Notes: generated by a model from the sequence alone, not told the origin. 64,000 bases of DNA from Lama glama (GCA_028534125.1 CM052817.1:81346001-81410000), one strand, 5' to 3'. Positions 1 to 14,569 are shown, counted from the stretch's first letter. Numbers and translations: made by a program.

Positions 1-1862
1 TGAATTTAATCCCATTGTTAGTTTCTGTTGTGAACTGCTCAGCAAGCAAAGAGCAACTCCTTACAAGATGTGTTGCTCCTGAGAGTGAAGGGGTAATGAA
101 CTGTAAAACCAGATGGCTCCATCCCCTAAAGCCATTACAGGGTTAACTTCCCACAATCAAGGGAGCAGCAAGGGTGCCATCTCCTGCTGGTTATCTCCTC
201 AAATTCCCAGGCTCACTAACTGCGTGTCTTAAAAGAACTCTCCTTTTCTTGGGAAAAATATTAAAATGTGTTGCAATGAACAAGAAAAGGAAAAAGTCTC
301 AATTTCTTGTTGTAGAAAACTGATAGGTACTGTTTAATTTTCCCCCAACAATTCCAAAGTGTTGATACTTTAATCTGGGATAGATAGATGGAAGTTTTTG
401 CCTGTGGCTTAAAAGAGATACAAATACAGGTGTGATGCTTCCAACAGCGTGCTCTGTAAGAGACTTCATGCCTCTTACACGACTTTTACTGTGACTTTTT
501 TTCCCTCCTTTTTACTATGATTTTTCTGTTTATAATTTGATTTAAAGAATTCACCTTTAGTGCAGGCACAAGTTAAAAAGGCTAATAGGAACTGCATATG
601 CCCGTTAAGGGAAGGCTCTGAAAAAAAAAATAAAGAACGCTTTTACTACAAATAAAAGAAAATTGAAAATAATAACCCTGGTCCTGTCTGCTTGGTACAT
701 ATCCTATTTTTAAGTAATTTTTAGGGACAATAAATGGTCCATTTTATGTTATTATTATCAGTCAATGTGATTCTAAAGACATCTTTTTTCTCAGAACTTG
801 GTGAAAGTGTCTTCTTCCAGTAAAGGCAAGAGGAAAAGAAAAGAGAAAGCTAGGTTGATTCATTTGGTCCATATTATAATTTTTGTTTTCCTTTGGCTTT
901 TTAAAATTGTGATTCTGTGCTAAATCAAACACAATACCAATCTTGCAATACCATTTCCATTAGAGATTGTTAGATTGTTCTCAAAGATAATGATTTCACT
1001 TATGACATGAAATTTCAAAATACTTCTTCAGAAATTTAATTGGAGGAGCAAATGCTATCACTTTGAAGAAGGGTGTGCCTATATCTCATCTGTAAATTTC
1101 TACTTTCAGCTCTAAGTTTCATCGCTAGTTTCTACAAGTCTCAGCAATATCTTCCTGGTAATCCCCAAACAAATCACTGGTTCCCACGGAAGGACCCAAC
1201 CTGGGGTTTCGTTTTCCTAAGTAGAATAGTTCAGAATATTTATTAGTCTTTGAAGAGAAAGCTTATTGCTAATACTAGTTTGGCTTTTAATCTGCTTTTG
1301 TCTGTTTCTTATTTATCTCTACTTTCATTACTGACATGGCATTTCTGAGGTATAAAATTTTGTGCTATTCTAGTCACTAAATCAAAGCATATAGTATATA
1401 TCCTACAGCTAATCCTGAGTATTCAGGGGCGGAAAAGGTCTGTACACAAAAATCCATTTAGCTGTTTTGATGGAATTAACTTGTCCCCCCAAATCCATAA
1501 ACCAGTAATCAGTCAGCATTTTATGAAAGAATATGCTGTTCATTTAAACTAGTAACCTAGACTGAACACGCATAGGCGGCCTCCATAATCTTAGTCACAG
1601 TACCAGAAAAAGCAAAAATCTTCTATGACTAAAGAGTTAAATAGGAACTATTCACACTTAATCATTGGTATGATTACCTAATAACTATGTATATTAAGAT
1701 GATTAATATCTCTGGTGATCATCAGTCACTACAAAAGTTACTCAGGAATGAATAAGGGATAGTTATTTGATTCAAGCCAGTTAATTTAGAATATCATTTG
1801 CTAAACTTGGCAAGTGGGGAGGGGTAAGGGTGCAGGAATTAAAAGGAAAAGGAAAAGGAAAC

Positions 1863-2080
1863 GAACATTTGTTTTATGACTCAACAAATATTTTACATAT
1901 TAATGCCTTTAACCTTCTCAACCTCCTAGTGAAGGTATTACCTTCATTTTGGGAAAAGGAAACTGAAGGTAAGAGAGGTTGAGCAATTTGCCTAAGGTCA
2001 TAGTGCTAGGAAATGGTAGATTTTAGATTTCAAATTAAGGCTGACTTAAAAAGTTCACATCTTTCCCAAGACCTGCTGCC
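1863..2080 (-). mobile_element. MIR SINE fragment
   Basis: MIR core-like GGAAACTGAAGG...AGAGGTTGAGCAATTTGCCTAAGGTCATAG. Confidence 0.7.
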
Positions 2081-4094
2081 CAGGCAGGAAACAGTTTCAC
2101 ATCCTTAGCTAACTCATGGAGTTGCAACCAGGGTACGCTGAAGTGATGCCCTGATGAGTCATCTCACCCGGCGTGATTCCAGCCCAGCCGATGTACAGAC
2201 TGGTCAACAGAGCCTACTGACCTGCAGGGAAATGATGAAAATGTGCTTCTAGTGAAAACACAATATTTTAAAATATTGATCTAGAAAATAAGTTCAAAAT
2301 ACTATATTTTTTTATTTCACTGGCTTTTCTTTTTGAATTGGAAGTAAACTCACTTGGTAAATAAATAAGAGGTATCCAGCTTAAAAGTCTGCCTCCACCT
2401 TGGTTTCATGGGTTCCCATTCTCCTCCTGTATGTAAGCAGAGAGAGCAGTATCTTCGTGCCCGGCAAGGATGGTTTCACACAGATCTTGTTATCTTTCTT
2501 ATGCAGACACACGGTTCTGCACTAAGCTTTTTTTCCTCACTTGACAAAATACCTTGGAGCTCCCTTGGTGTTACGTTAGTACACAGAGAGGCATCTCATT
2601 TTTATGTGCAGTGTCCCATGGTACAGACAGGCAGTCATTTATTTAATCAGTCTCCTACTGATGGACCTATCTTTCAAACTTCTTGCCATGTCAATTTTCA
2701 TTTCTTTGCTCTGCTTTCATTTTGTTTGCCAACTCTCTTTAGGTTATAATAGTGCTTCAGTGAATAAACTTGTACCTTTGTCATATCAAACATGTAGAGG
2801 CATATCGGCAAATAAACTATAAAAGTGGGATTTCTAGAGGAAAGAGTAAATGAATTTGCAGTTTTCTTACGTAGTAAGTAAATTGCTTTCCAGAGGGATT
2901 GTAGCAGTTTGATGCCCATCTGTGATATATGAGGATGCCTACTTTCTCATGGATTTTAAAAAAGATTTTTTTAAATATCAAATATGGGTATTTTTGTTAC
3001 TCTGATAGACAAATAATGCCATTTTATTGTTCTTCTTCTACTATATGTTCCACTTAATTATTTTTTATGTGTGTGAAAACTACTGATAATATATACCAAC
3101 TGTGTACCTCATTGCTTTATTGAAGTCTCTAATTGCCTCTGGTGGTTTTCCAGTTGATTCATCTGGGTTTTTCCAAGTATATGATGCCCTTGCACACAGT
3201 GATTACTTTACCTTCTTTATAAACTCAACCTTTCTTTTTTCTTTTTCTTTTTCTAATTGTGTTGGCAGAACAGTATTACTAATAGTGGTGAGAGTGAATC
3301 TTCTTGGCTTTTTCTGACTTCAGTGGGAAGGTAGCTCATAGTTCTTTATTAAACATAAAGCTGACTTTTATACTAAAAAACATATTTTCTTCTTTTTCTG
3401 TAGTGTTTTTATCATGAACTATTGTTGTAATTTCTCATGTGTCTTTTCATCTCATGAAATACATGTTTTTCTTTTTAAATATGTAATTAAGAGAACTACC
3501 ATATTAATAACTTACAGATATTAAATCTTGCTTGAATAACCCCGCTGGCTGTGATAGAGTATTTTTTAGTGTGGTCTGGGTTTCTACTGCTGATATTTAC
3601 TTCAGGCTTCTGCATCAAAAATAATAAGTGAGATCAGTCTGCTGGTCTGTTAATTTCTTTTCATGTAAGCGTTGCCATGGTTTGGTATCAATTTGCACAG
3701 GCAGTGCTCACTTTGCACTGTAGGGTGAAACTGAAAATGATCGTGCATACGTTTGTTTGGGTTATCTGGGTTGTGATTGGACCATCTGGCATCCACTTTC
3801 CTGTGACAATATTTGCTGCCCTTTACCCCAGGAAGTTTAGAGAACTCTTACCTGATCAAGGCAGATCCTACTCTTTTGTTGGAGTCTGTGAATTATCTGT
3901 CTTCTAGTATCATTGAAAATGAAGATTTTGTCAGTGTTCATCTTGTAACTTTTGCACAATATCCAGAAGAGAACAGGCAGAGAAATTGCTGCCTTGTGTT
4001 TCATGTTTGAACTAGAAATAATCATTGGCTTTTCAACACAAAGCTAGACAATTTTATTACTTAATATATACATTTAACTCAATAATGTTGAGTT

Positions 4095-4701
4095 TTTATT
4101 TTTTTATTTTTTAATATATTTTTATTGAAGTATCGTCAGTTTACAATGTTGTGTTGATCTCTGTACAGCATAATGCTTCAGTCATACAAGAACATACATA
4201 TATTTGTTTTCATATTCTTTTTCACAATAAGTTACTACGAGATATTGAATAGAGTTCCCACTGCTATACAGTATAAACTTGTTGTTTATCTATTTTTTTA
4301 TATATTAGTATCTGCAAATCTCGAATTCCCGACTTATCCCTTCCCACCCCCTTCCTCCCTGGTAACCATGGGTTTGTTTTCTATGTCTGCGAGTGTGTTT
4401 CTGTTTTGTAAATAAATTTGTTTGTCTTTTTTCTTTTTTTTAAGATTCCATATATGAGTGATATCATATGGTATTTTTCTTTCTCTTTCTGGCTTACTTC
4501 ACTTAGAATGACATTCTCCAGTTCTATCCATGTTGCTGCAAATGGCATTATTTTATTATTTTTTATGGCTGGGTAGTATTCTACTGTGTAAATATACCAC
4601 AACTTCTTTATCCATTTATCTCTCGATGGACATTTAGACTATTTCCATGTCTTGGCTATTGTAAACAGTGTTGCTATGAACATTGGGGTACATGTGTCTT
4701 T
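4095..4701 (-). mobile_element. 5'-truncated, relatively young LINE-1 (ORF2 C-terminus, 3'UTR, poly-A)
   Basis: Minus ORF MWYIYTVEYYPAIKNNKIMPFAATWIELENVILSEVSQKEK is the L1 ORF2 C-terminus. T-rich tail at the left end; possible TSD TTGAGTT (4088-4094 / 4702-4708). Confidence 0.9.
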
Positions 4702-4759
4702 TTGAGTTAAGGCTCCATTAGTTTTTAAATCAAAATTGTTTGTGAATTCTTTTGTCACT

Positions 4760-5090
4760 GTAGCGACTAGAGGCTTGGTTTATGGGAAAAGTGGCTATAA
4801 AAGGAGAGTGGGAGGCAGTCTCTTGGGGATGATGGAACAGTTCTGTATAGTGATTGGAGTGGTGGTTATATGAATCTGTATGTGTGATCAAATTTCGTAG
4901 AACTATAGAAAATGAAGAAAGTACACAAAAACCCTGTGAACTACAAATAAGTTCTGTAGCTTTCAACAATTGTTTCAATATCAATTTCCTGGTTTTAGTA
5001 CATGTGCTATGGTTATGTCATATGTTATCATTGGGAGAATTCAGGTAAAGAATACACAAAAACTCTGAAACATTTTTGCAAGTAAAATAA
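4760..5090 (+). mobile_element. Old L1 (L1M-type) 3' end fragment
   Basis: GGGGATGATGGAACAGTTCTGTAT...GGTGGTTATATGAATCTGTATGTGTG motif typical of old L1 3'UTRs. Confidence 0.6.
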
Positions 5091-5692
5091 AGAGTTTGCT
5101 TGCCATGGAACAAATTCTTGCTCTAATTCTTAGACTGATTTTTTCATACAGAAACAGACCTTTTAGATACTTAGATATGCTTACAGTCAGGAACTCAATA
5201 ATATGGTTTAGTCTATGCACATTCAAGGTTCATAATGTGTTTCATATGTGTTATGGTTGTATTTTCACATAGCATGGTTATCTCTCTTCACTTGAAAAAC
5301 TGGATAAAAAACTTGCTTACAACTGGGTTTTACACTGCTGTGTGCTATACTGATCTCTGACAGGAGAACACAAGCGTCTCTGTTTATAGCATGACAGATT
5401 GAAGGAGGAAATATGATCCACTGTCCTTCGAAATAATCCAAGTTCACTGTAGATTCCCCTTGTGGGGAAGGAAAAATGTCATAATAATCTTTGTGAAAAG
5501 TGGAACCTAAAACTCTTAGAGGTTGGGGTTGGTGTGGGAAATCATGCAGCTTGGCTTACGAAGATCTGTCATATGACTGCAGCTAAGTTTTCTGAATCAT
5601 TCTGTTAAGAAGGAACTAGATGACCCAAAGCAGTGCTTCACAAGCGCGGCTGATTTTCAGAAAATACTGGGAAGCTGCAAAAGTGATTCTGA

Positions 5693-5850
5693 CAGGGAGG
5701 GTATAGCTCAGCGGTACAGCACGTGCTTAGCATGCATGAAGTCCTGGGTTCAATCCCCAATACTTCCATTAAAATAAATAAATAAATAAACCTAATTAGC
5801 ACCTCCTCCCCACCCCCCACCCCCCCAAAAAGAAAAAGATTACAGATTAC
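5693..5850 (+). mobile_element. Vic-1-like tRNA-derived SINE with 11-bp TSD
   Basis: A box TAGCTCAGCGG, B box GGTTCAATCCC, (AAAT)n and C-rich tail; flanked by AGTGATTCTGA at 5682-5692 and 5851-5861. Confidence 0.85.
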
Positions 5851-7429
5851 AGTGATTCTGATGGCCAGCTGGCTTTGGAAATCATTGACCCAAGATAAAT
5901 TTTACATGAAAAAAATGACTGTTCTAAGCAGGACTATAACAACATTCATTGCAGAGATAAATGATGTTCCCAACTAAAAATCAATTAATTGAAAAAAAAT
6001 GACAGTTTTCAAACCGATCCAGATATGCATTTTGAGATTTTTGAGGAATAGTTATTCTTATTTAAAAATTGCTTTTCATCCATTGGAAATTCTGGATCAC
6101 CTTCAACTCTTCACTCTTAAGCGTTCCCTGAAGAGTGTTTTTGACTGAAATATATCCTAAATAACAGCCTTAGTGCAATGAAGTCAAAATTCTCCTTGAT
6201 ATATTATGAAGTCCTGTGAGTAATCCATTACTCAAGATTTAAATAAGGTCACTCCAAAAAAAAGGAGGAAATACTTTGAATAAACTTCTATATGACTTTA
6301 TAAGTGATTACACATTTCTTGCTTAATAGAAGTTTTATTTTATAGTCTTGTCAGCTTTCCATTGCTTAATTTTCAAAATTGGCTGAGAAGTTTTTCTTTC
6401 CCTTAAATATATATTTAAAATTGTTTAGGCAGAAGAATCTACTTGCAAGGGGGCTAACTGCTTTAAATAAACCTCCAGACTTTTTTTTCTTTAGTACTAA
6501 TTTTTACCCTTAAGCCATTGACATATTTTTAAAACAGAAACCAAGAACTGTTTCTTCAAATATTCTTGAGAGGCACATTACAAGAGAGATAATGGGCAGG
6601 ATAAGCAGGGGCGTTGCCCACACTTGCCCATCTTCTCCCATTAAGGTTCCAGGCTGTCACTCTTGGCTCAGGTCCCATCCTTGTACTCTCATCACTGCCC
6701 TGTGGGAAGGGCTGGGACCTGCATTGGCAAAGAATGGTTTTTTTTTCTCCCAAGAAGTACCTGTAAGCTTGGACAGAGAAGACATCTGTATCATGCATAG
6801 TTAGGCTCCATGGGGAAAATATTTCAAAACACACTGGCCACAGTCTGCATCCTCCATAGGAAATTATGAAGGGCCCCCATGCTATGTGGGAACTCATACC
6901 AAAGAACAGCTCATTAAGAGCAGCATCATGGGTAAGGGCTGTGTCATTAGGCAGTGGCATGAAGCTGATCTCTTGATTGAATCCCAAACTGAGCTCTGCC
7001 TGAACTCAATCTATTCCTGTATCTTCTTCACAAATACCTTTATATAATTCTTCAAGGTCTACCAAACAGACGAGGCATAAGCTGACAAAATGTCCACCCT
7101 GTTCTTGGTGTCATAAGTCTGCCTGATCTTTACCAGCAACAAGCGACAATCAGGGGTTGAGAACACCCCCCAACATCTGCACCGTCAGCAGCACCTTGAC
7201 CTCTCTGAATCCACAAAGCCCAAATCTTTCAGCTGTCTGTCCCTAATCCCTATCCTCTAGTCCTTTTGAACTTGAGTTTTCATGTTTTTGACATTGGCTT
7301 TCTTTCCATCTTTGAGTTGAATCAGACATTCATCTGTCAACGTTCCTTGGCCTCTCTCAACTCATCCTCTGACCTTGCTGGTAGACACTTCTCCTTGGAG
7401 CTCTCATATTTCTGCCTATCTTGTGACAT

Positions 7430-7820
7430 CTTTTGTTATGGACTAGCTTTTCAAGGACATTTGTGTAGCAGTCTTGGAGCTAGAATATCTCCTTCCAGTG
7501 CAGAGGGCAGATTTCTTTGCTGTTCAAGATAATAAAAATGAAAGTTGGGCAACTTTGCTAGCAGCCCCTTTATAAGAACGAAGGTTTCCCAAGCTTGAAG
7601 TTCCCTAGCTGTGATGCACAACCACTGTCCATGAGCGTGCATTGGACAGGGAGAACCAGTGCAAACATGAAGCTCAAGCTGCCTCCTGTGGTATGAGTAA
7701 TAAAAGGTCCTTTGTCTCTGATCCTCTAGAAGTCTTGTGTCTTCTGCTGGCATCTATGAAACTGTGGCAGGCTTGTGACTTGTGAGCTTGCAAGTGGAGT
7801 AAAATCTCAGAGCCTTCATG
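7430..7820 (+). mobile_element. ERV1-class solo LTR (MER31/MER67-like)
   Basis: AATAAAAGGTCCTTTGTCTCTGATCC...GTGTCTTCTGCTGGCATCTATGAAACTGTGGCAGGC...GTAAAATCTCAGA resembles the R/U5 region of this LTR group. Family call is from memory. Confidence 0.6.
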
Positions 7821-10280
7821 TTTTATATACACCTCAGTTTACAAAAGCAGTATAGCTGGCATTTTCTAGTTGGGGTTTCCTAGCACCTTCCTAATAACAT
7901 CATGATTCCTTCTTGAGAATTTTGTATTCCCTATTTGATACTATCTTCAGGAATGTAATTAGATGTCTGCCTTCTCTTTAAGAGATAGGGGCATGACCCA
8001 GGCTAACCTCACTGGACTCTAAACAGAGTAACAAAGACAATGAAAGCAACTGGCGTTCATTCATCCCAGCAGTGGCTCCCTAAACAAATATTTCCTGCTA
8101 TTTCTGAACATCCTCTTTCTAGAATCTTTGGATAACTTGAACTCTGTCTATGTCCAGGCCAGGTTCTTCACATTTCTTATGAATTTTGGGAGCTTCAGAT
8201 AGTCTCCAAGTACATTTCCTTTGACTTGAGTTGATTTCTGGTTCCTTCAACCAAAGGATTTGAACATAATCAGCCAGCATCCTGGGAAGACTAGTTCTAG
8301 CACACAAGTTGTGTTTATGTGTGTTGTGGGCGGCCTTTTCATATAGCGTGGTCATCCTTCCCCACAGTTTGGGAATTAGAAACAAACCACCGCTAGATGC
8401 ATAAAGGAAAAACATAAAACACCTTAAATTCCTAGGTTTTGCAGATTTCCTTTCTGGTTACAAATCTGTTTCAAAGCATTCATTCATTCATTTAGTTAGT
8501 ATTAACTGAGCATCTCCCTTATGCCAAGTGCTGCTGGGAATATGGCAGTGAATGAAAGAGAAAATGTCTCTTCTCCCATAGAGTTCACACTCTTATTCTA
8601 TTCTATATCATATTTCTACTTTTTCTTTAAAAAGAGACTTAAAAGATAAATCCTTTGTGGGAAGAAGACTTGATTTTCTTGTTTACCACTTCCTATTATG
8701 GTGACCGTTAGATATTAAGTATCCAAGAAATATTTATTGACTAAATGAATGACTCACACGTCTGATGAGAAGTTGCTGGCCCTGTACTATTGGTCACACC
8801 ATTGTCCAAGACAGAAATGAAAAGCAAGATCCAAAGGGAATGAGGAGATAAGTAAAGTTCTCTTTCTATTTAAGTGAGGTCAATCTATTAGTTTTCACTT
8901 AGTATCAATATGACAAATAAATTCTCAATGTTCAATGGACACTAAAAATCATTATTTATTAAATGAGAATTTAACTAGAAAGTAAATATGATTACAATTT
9001 TTAAAATACGTGAAAAATACAAATAAAAATAAATGTGTGAACAGAATTTAATTCACTTTAATGAAAGAGTATTTTTTGCACAAATCAAATGAAATATAAT
9101 CCTGAACTTCAAAATAAGGCAAAAATCATAGTCTTCATTGAATGTTGTTAGTTACCTCATTTTGCTTTCTGTTTCAGAACCTCTATTTTTGTTTTAAGAC
9201 CACATTTTCTTTTACTTTCCATCCTGATATGCATTTTCTTCTTTTATTTCACCAATTTTATTTTATTTTTAATGGGCTATATTCCCCACTGCTCTATTTT
9301 CATTTCAGCTTCTGTGAAAATTTCCATCAAATGAGTTATTACCAGGTGTCAGATAAAATGCCTATTATTATGGCACCAACAGAACTTACCAGTGGATTCT
9401 CAGAAAAAGGAGTGGTCAGGCAGGGAAGTGACGTGTCGGTGATGTGGAGTGGGGCTGACAACCCAAATTTATTCTTTTGAATCCCTGAAAACTGCTGGTT
9501 TTCCATGATTACTAAATAATTAAAGGCCAAATGGATGTTTTCTTGACTTTAGTGACAGCTATTAAATTCTTCCAAAAGAATCAACTGAATTCAACTTAAT
9601 TAATCTCCAATACAAAGAGGTCAGGTCAGGTTATCAGCTAAAAGCAATTGAGCAGTGAACCACATATGTTCAAACTAATAAGCAATGAATAATTGGCTTG
9701 TTTTTCTTTTATATTCAATACAAACTGAGTGAGTACAATACAAACAGATGGGAAAGCAGGAATAAGAAAATACATACTATTTTGTACTGAGTTCACTCCT
9801 TCTTTGAGCTTGGTTAGCCAAGAGTGTGTTTTAACAAGTGGCTTAAAATAGCAGAATTAAAGTGTTTCTCACTATCATGCAGCTGTTTCTGAATAAAAAG
9901 AAAGTACAATTAAAAGGATAGTAATTGAACACTTACTATGTACAAGACAATCCAAAAGATACAAAGATGAGTAAGACTCAACTCCTGTCTAAAGGAACAT
10001 TACAGTGGGAGAAAAGAAGACGTATTTAGCATAATGAAGAAAAAGGACCATAAAAGGCACAAAATAAAACACGACAATAATAAAAAAGAAGTGCTTCCTT
10101 GCTGGGAGATGGGGATAAAGATCAACATAAGCAAAGAAATTTATAGCTGTGAAGGAACATGGTTCTAGAAATAGCAAGTATTTCTGTGGAGCTGGGGACC
10201 AAAAGGTTTGGTGCACGTCCATTAAGGGTGGAGTGATAGAGAAAATGGGAGAAGCAGCAATGGAAAAATATGTGAAAGAG

Positions 10281-10414
10281 TTCTTTTCTTTTGGTGGGAG
10301 GACATAATTAAGTTTACTTATTCATTTATTTTTAGAGGAGATACTGGGGGTTGAACCCAGGAACCTCCTGCATGCTAAGCATGCACCCTACCACTTGAGC
10401 TATGCCCTCCCACC
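10281..10414 (-). mobile_element. Vic-1-like tRNA-derived SINE (more diverged copy)
   Basis: Reverse complement reads GGGAGGGCATAGCTCAAGTGGTAGGGTGCATGCTTAGCATGCAGGAGGTTCCTGGGTTCAACCCCC, homologous to the copy at 5693. Confidence 0.85.
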
Positions 10415-12299
10415 TTGTGAGAGGTAGTCTGTGAAGGACTTTGTACTGTGTATTCACTGTGCCAATCTGAGTAATGAGAGCTCTTGAAGGTTTAGAGGCA
10501 GGAGCATACCATGATCAGAGTGATGTTCTGAAAAGATGATTGGTGGTTACATGGACAGACTGCAGAGGAGACAGACTGCAGGCTGGCTGAGGAGTCTGTG
10601 AGGTGCTCAGCCACCCTTTAAGAGAATGTATGGGCCATCAGTGTGCAGGGTCGGAGGAGGCACAGCACAGAGGAGAGGAGCACTGGTTCCGAGGGGTTAT
10701 AGGAGACCAGATGAGGCCCAAACAAAGATGATGGAAATAGGAGGGAAGAGAATAACAATGTCAGCCATGAGGTGGAGTCAAACATGAGGCCCATAGGTAA
10801 CAACTGCCTGGGTGTGAGTGGTGAGGAGAAGCAAGGTGACTCTGGGATGTATTTCCTAATCCATGTTCTAACAGGCACTTTTTTTTTTAAGTGCAGAGCA
10901 GGGCACTCTTATCACCAAATTTTATTTTTCAATTTTTTTTCAAAAACACTAGTTTATACAAAGTTATTTTATTTTTTCTTAAAGGACCTTTCAGAGACTT
11001 TAATATGATAATGTGCCTTATGATTGTCCAACAGAAAAGACTGACATACAGCAATTTCTAAGCCTAGTATAACGTAAAAGTCAATCTTAGACATATTAAT
11101 ACAATTTAGAAACAAAATGCAATAACCTTACTTTGGGGTTTTAAACCTATGTACTTGGGAGAGTAAATTATCAAGTAGAAGCTCTCTTATTGATTCAACC
11201 AGGATGGATGTCTGGTTTTTTAATAAAAATATTTGGGCTAATTATTTAAAAATTTTAGTCACAAAACATTTTATTATAACTCAAAGTATGTAACAGTACA
11301 TCCCTTGGCTATTTTCTTGAGGAAGGATGAAAGCCTTTCCTATACTGAGGACTCCCTGAGAAGACTCCACTCTCTCCTGAGTAAGCCACTCCCATACATC
11401 ATCATCTACAATGTCAAATTTCAGTTTCTTTAAGGTAGAATGGAAAACTCTACTTATTCACAGAGGAGTTAAGAAGAGGACTGGTGGTTGGGTGGAGAGA
11501 TTGATGTCTGTAGATTTGTATATACTGAATTTGCAGTGCTTTTAGAATGTATGCAGAGTTTTTGCAGGTATTTGGAAATGCATAAATTGCCTGTCCCTGC
11601 GAGAATTAATTATAGTTAAAAAAATTTTTGCATGTATACATGAGTGTTTGTTGTTTCTTTATCTACCTACTAAAATATGCTAATGAAGTTATTAAATTGT
11701 CACCAAATCTCCTAATATCACATGGTTCGTTAACTTCTACCTTCACAATAAATGTTTTTCTGACACAAGAGGTTTATAGTTAGATATGAAAACCACACAT
11801 AGATACATTGTTTCTTGTCTCCACTAAGAATCACAAAGAAGCACAAACAGGTGCTACATTAGTGACAACACACATTTATTGTTGGAAACCAATCTACCTC
11901 ACAATTACAAGATTCTGAAAAAAATTTAACGGAAGAGTCTTGGAACTCTATAGAAAAATATCTTGAAAATGATAACTTCTTTGGTAATGATAGCATACCG
12001 TTCTACTATACATCCCTTAAAAGTTTGGCACCATTGCTAAGTAGTAGTAGTATATTAGAAGTTTTCCCTAAAGGAAATTGAATTTTCCATTTCATTGGCA
12101 CAAACCAGCTAGTTTTTCAAAATGATCTGTATCTCCTCTAATGCTGATGATTTGTGTGAGTGGGTGTACGAGTTTGACTTCTTATTTTGATCGCTAAAAT
12201 GATGATGATACCAATGCTCACCTTTATTGTGAAACTTAAATGGGTAGAAAATATAAAACATTCAAGCCAAGTTACAAGTTGAAATTGAGTTGAAATTTC

Positions 12300-14430
12300 A
12301 TAATTTTAATATGTAAAAATCTATAAGATTCTTCTGTAATAAAACCATGAAAATTAGAAATAAAACCATGACAATTAGAAATAAAAAATTCTTTCAGCAG
12401 GATTATCAGCAGGCTGTACAGAGCATAAGAAAGAGTTAATGAACTTGAAGATGGTTCAATAGAAATTACCAAAACTTTAAACAAATGGGAAAAAATTAGT
12501 GAAAAATCCCCACAGAATAGGGGCTCCAACTCTGAGATGATATCAAATAGTCAAATATATATATATTTGAAGACTCTAAAGGAGACGAGAGAAAGAGAGC
12601 AGAACAAATATTTGAAGATAGGACAGCCAAGAATTTTCCAAAAGTAATGAAGAAAAACAAACCATACATGTAAAAAGCTCAGAAAGTTCCAAGCAGAGAA
12701 ACAAGAAGGGAAAACACATTTGGAGACATTCTGGTTAAACCACTAAAAATAATACATAAAAAGAAAATCTTGAAAGCAGCCAGAGGTCGCCAAGGGGATT
12801 AGTAGGGGAGGTCAGAGGAGGAATTAAATACAAACAAAGAATGACAGTGTTGGTCTCACTAGAAACTTTCAAAGTCAGAGGACAATGGAGCAACATCTTT
12901 AAAGCCCTGAAAGAAAAATACCCACAGATTTATATACTCAGAAAAATAATCTTCAAAAATTAAATAAAAGTAAAATAATAACTTCTCAAACTAGCAAAAG
13001 GTGAAAGAAATCATTGCCAGAAGACATGGACTCTAAGAATTTTTAAAGGACTTCTTGATCAGAAGAGAGGCGATAGTAGATGGGAAATTGGATCTGAAAA
13101 CAGAGAAATGAAGAGGGCTAGAAATGGTAAAGAATAGTTAAATATAAAGGTTTGTTTTCTTATTTTTAAATCTTTAAAAGTAGTCGAGTGTCTAGAGCAA
13201 AAATATTAACAATACATTCTGGGGTTTATGTCATGTGAAGATATAAAATATATGATAACATTAACACAAAATGTGGGAAAAAGAAAATGGAAATATATTA
13301 TTATAATGTTGTTAAGCTATATGTAAAGTGTAATCTTATCTGAATGAATACAGTGATAAATTAATGATGTATACAGTAGACCCTAGAGCAATCATTAAAA
13401 AATAAAATTTAGAGCTATATATAATAGCCAATAGTCGGAATAACATGGAATTATAAAGTATTACTCCAAAATAAAACAGGAAAAGAGAGAATAAGGGAAA
13501 AAGAACAAATGAGACAAACAAAAACAAACAGCAAGATGGTAGGCAAACTCAGTGACATCAACTATATTAAATGATATGGTCAAATATTCTAATTGGAAGA
13601 CAGAGGTTTTTTTAATTGGATAAAAAGTAGGAAGGACCAACTACATTCCAGGTATAAGAAATTCACTTCAAATATGAAGAAATAAACAGGTTGAAAGGAA
13701 AAGGATATACAGGAAAAAAGACTCATAAGAAAGTGGTAGTGGCTGCATTAATATCAGACAAAAGAGACTTCAGGCTAAGGAATTTTGTCAAGGATAAAGG
13801 GGTACACTGAGTAATGATAAAGAGGTCAATTCATCAAGAGGGCACAATGATTGTAAATTCATAAACAAAATCTGAAAGATCTGAAAGGAGAAAGACAAAT
13901 CTACAGTTACAAAGAAAGATTTTTACTACTCCTCTTTACTCATTGATAGAACAAAGTAAATAAGAAAATATAAGAGCATGGAACAATACTTAGCCAACGT
14001 GGCATAATTGGCATATGTATAAAACTTCATCCAACAACAGTATAATTTTTTCAATTGTACATGGAATATTACTAAGATTGATATATTCTGATCCGTGAAA
14101 CAAACCTCAACAAATTAAAAAAGATTGAAATCATACAAAATATGTTCTCTAATGCCAATGGAATAACCAAGAATCAATAATCAAAACATATCTTTCCAGA
14201 AAAAAACCTGAAAATATACCCAAATATTTAGAAAACAAACAATACATATCTTAATATACTTGGGTCAAAAAGAGAAACCACAGGATAATTAGAAGACATT
14301 TTTAACTGAATGCAAATGAAAACCAATATGCTATTTGTAGAATGTGGTTAAAGCCATGCTTAGAGGAAACTTCACAGCATTAAATTATTATATTAGGAAA
14401 GAAGAAAGATCTCAAATAATCTAATCCAAA
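12300..14430 (+). mobile_element. Degraded LINE-1: ORF1 and ORF2 endonuclease remnants
   Basis: A-rich; L1 motifs such as GAAAATCTTGAAAGCAGCCAGAG, ATATCAGACAAAAGAGACTTC and GATTGAAATCATACAAAATATGTTCTCT; no open frame. Confidence 0.85.
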
Positions 14431-14444
14431 TTTTTCCCATAATA

Positions 14445-14560
14445 ACTAATTTTGCCTTAATGGGCCACACAATGTCTGTTGCAACTACCCAACTGTATTT
14501 TTCTAGTGTGAAAATGGCCATAAAATATGTAAAATATAGGTGTTGGCTATATGTTCCTCC
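14445..14560. mobile_element. MER58-like hAT DNA transposon fragment
   Basis: GGGCCACACAATGTCTGTTGCAACTACCCAACTG...GTGTGAAAATGGCCATA...GGCTATATGTTCC. Confidence 0.6.
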
Positions 14561-14569
14561 CTGCTGGAA

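Noticed and set aside
2151..2245. CTGATGAG hammerhead-like core and ATGATGA C-box-like motif
   Set aside because: No stem II followed by GAAA and no matching D box or terminal stem.
5695..5770. tRNA-like sequence
   Set aside because: It is the head of a SINE with a tail and TSD, not a tRNA gene.
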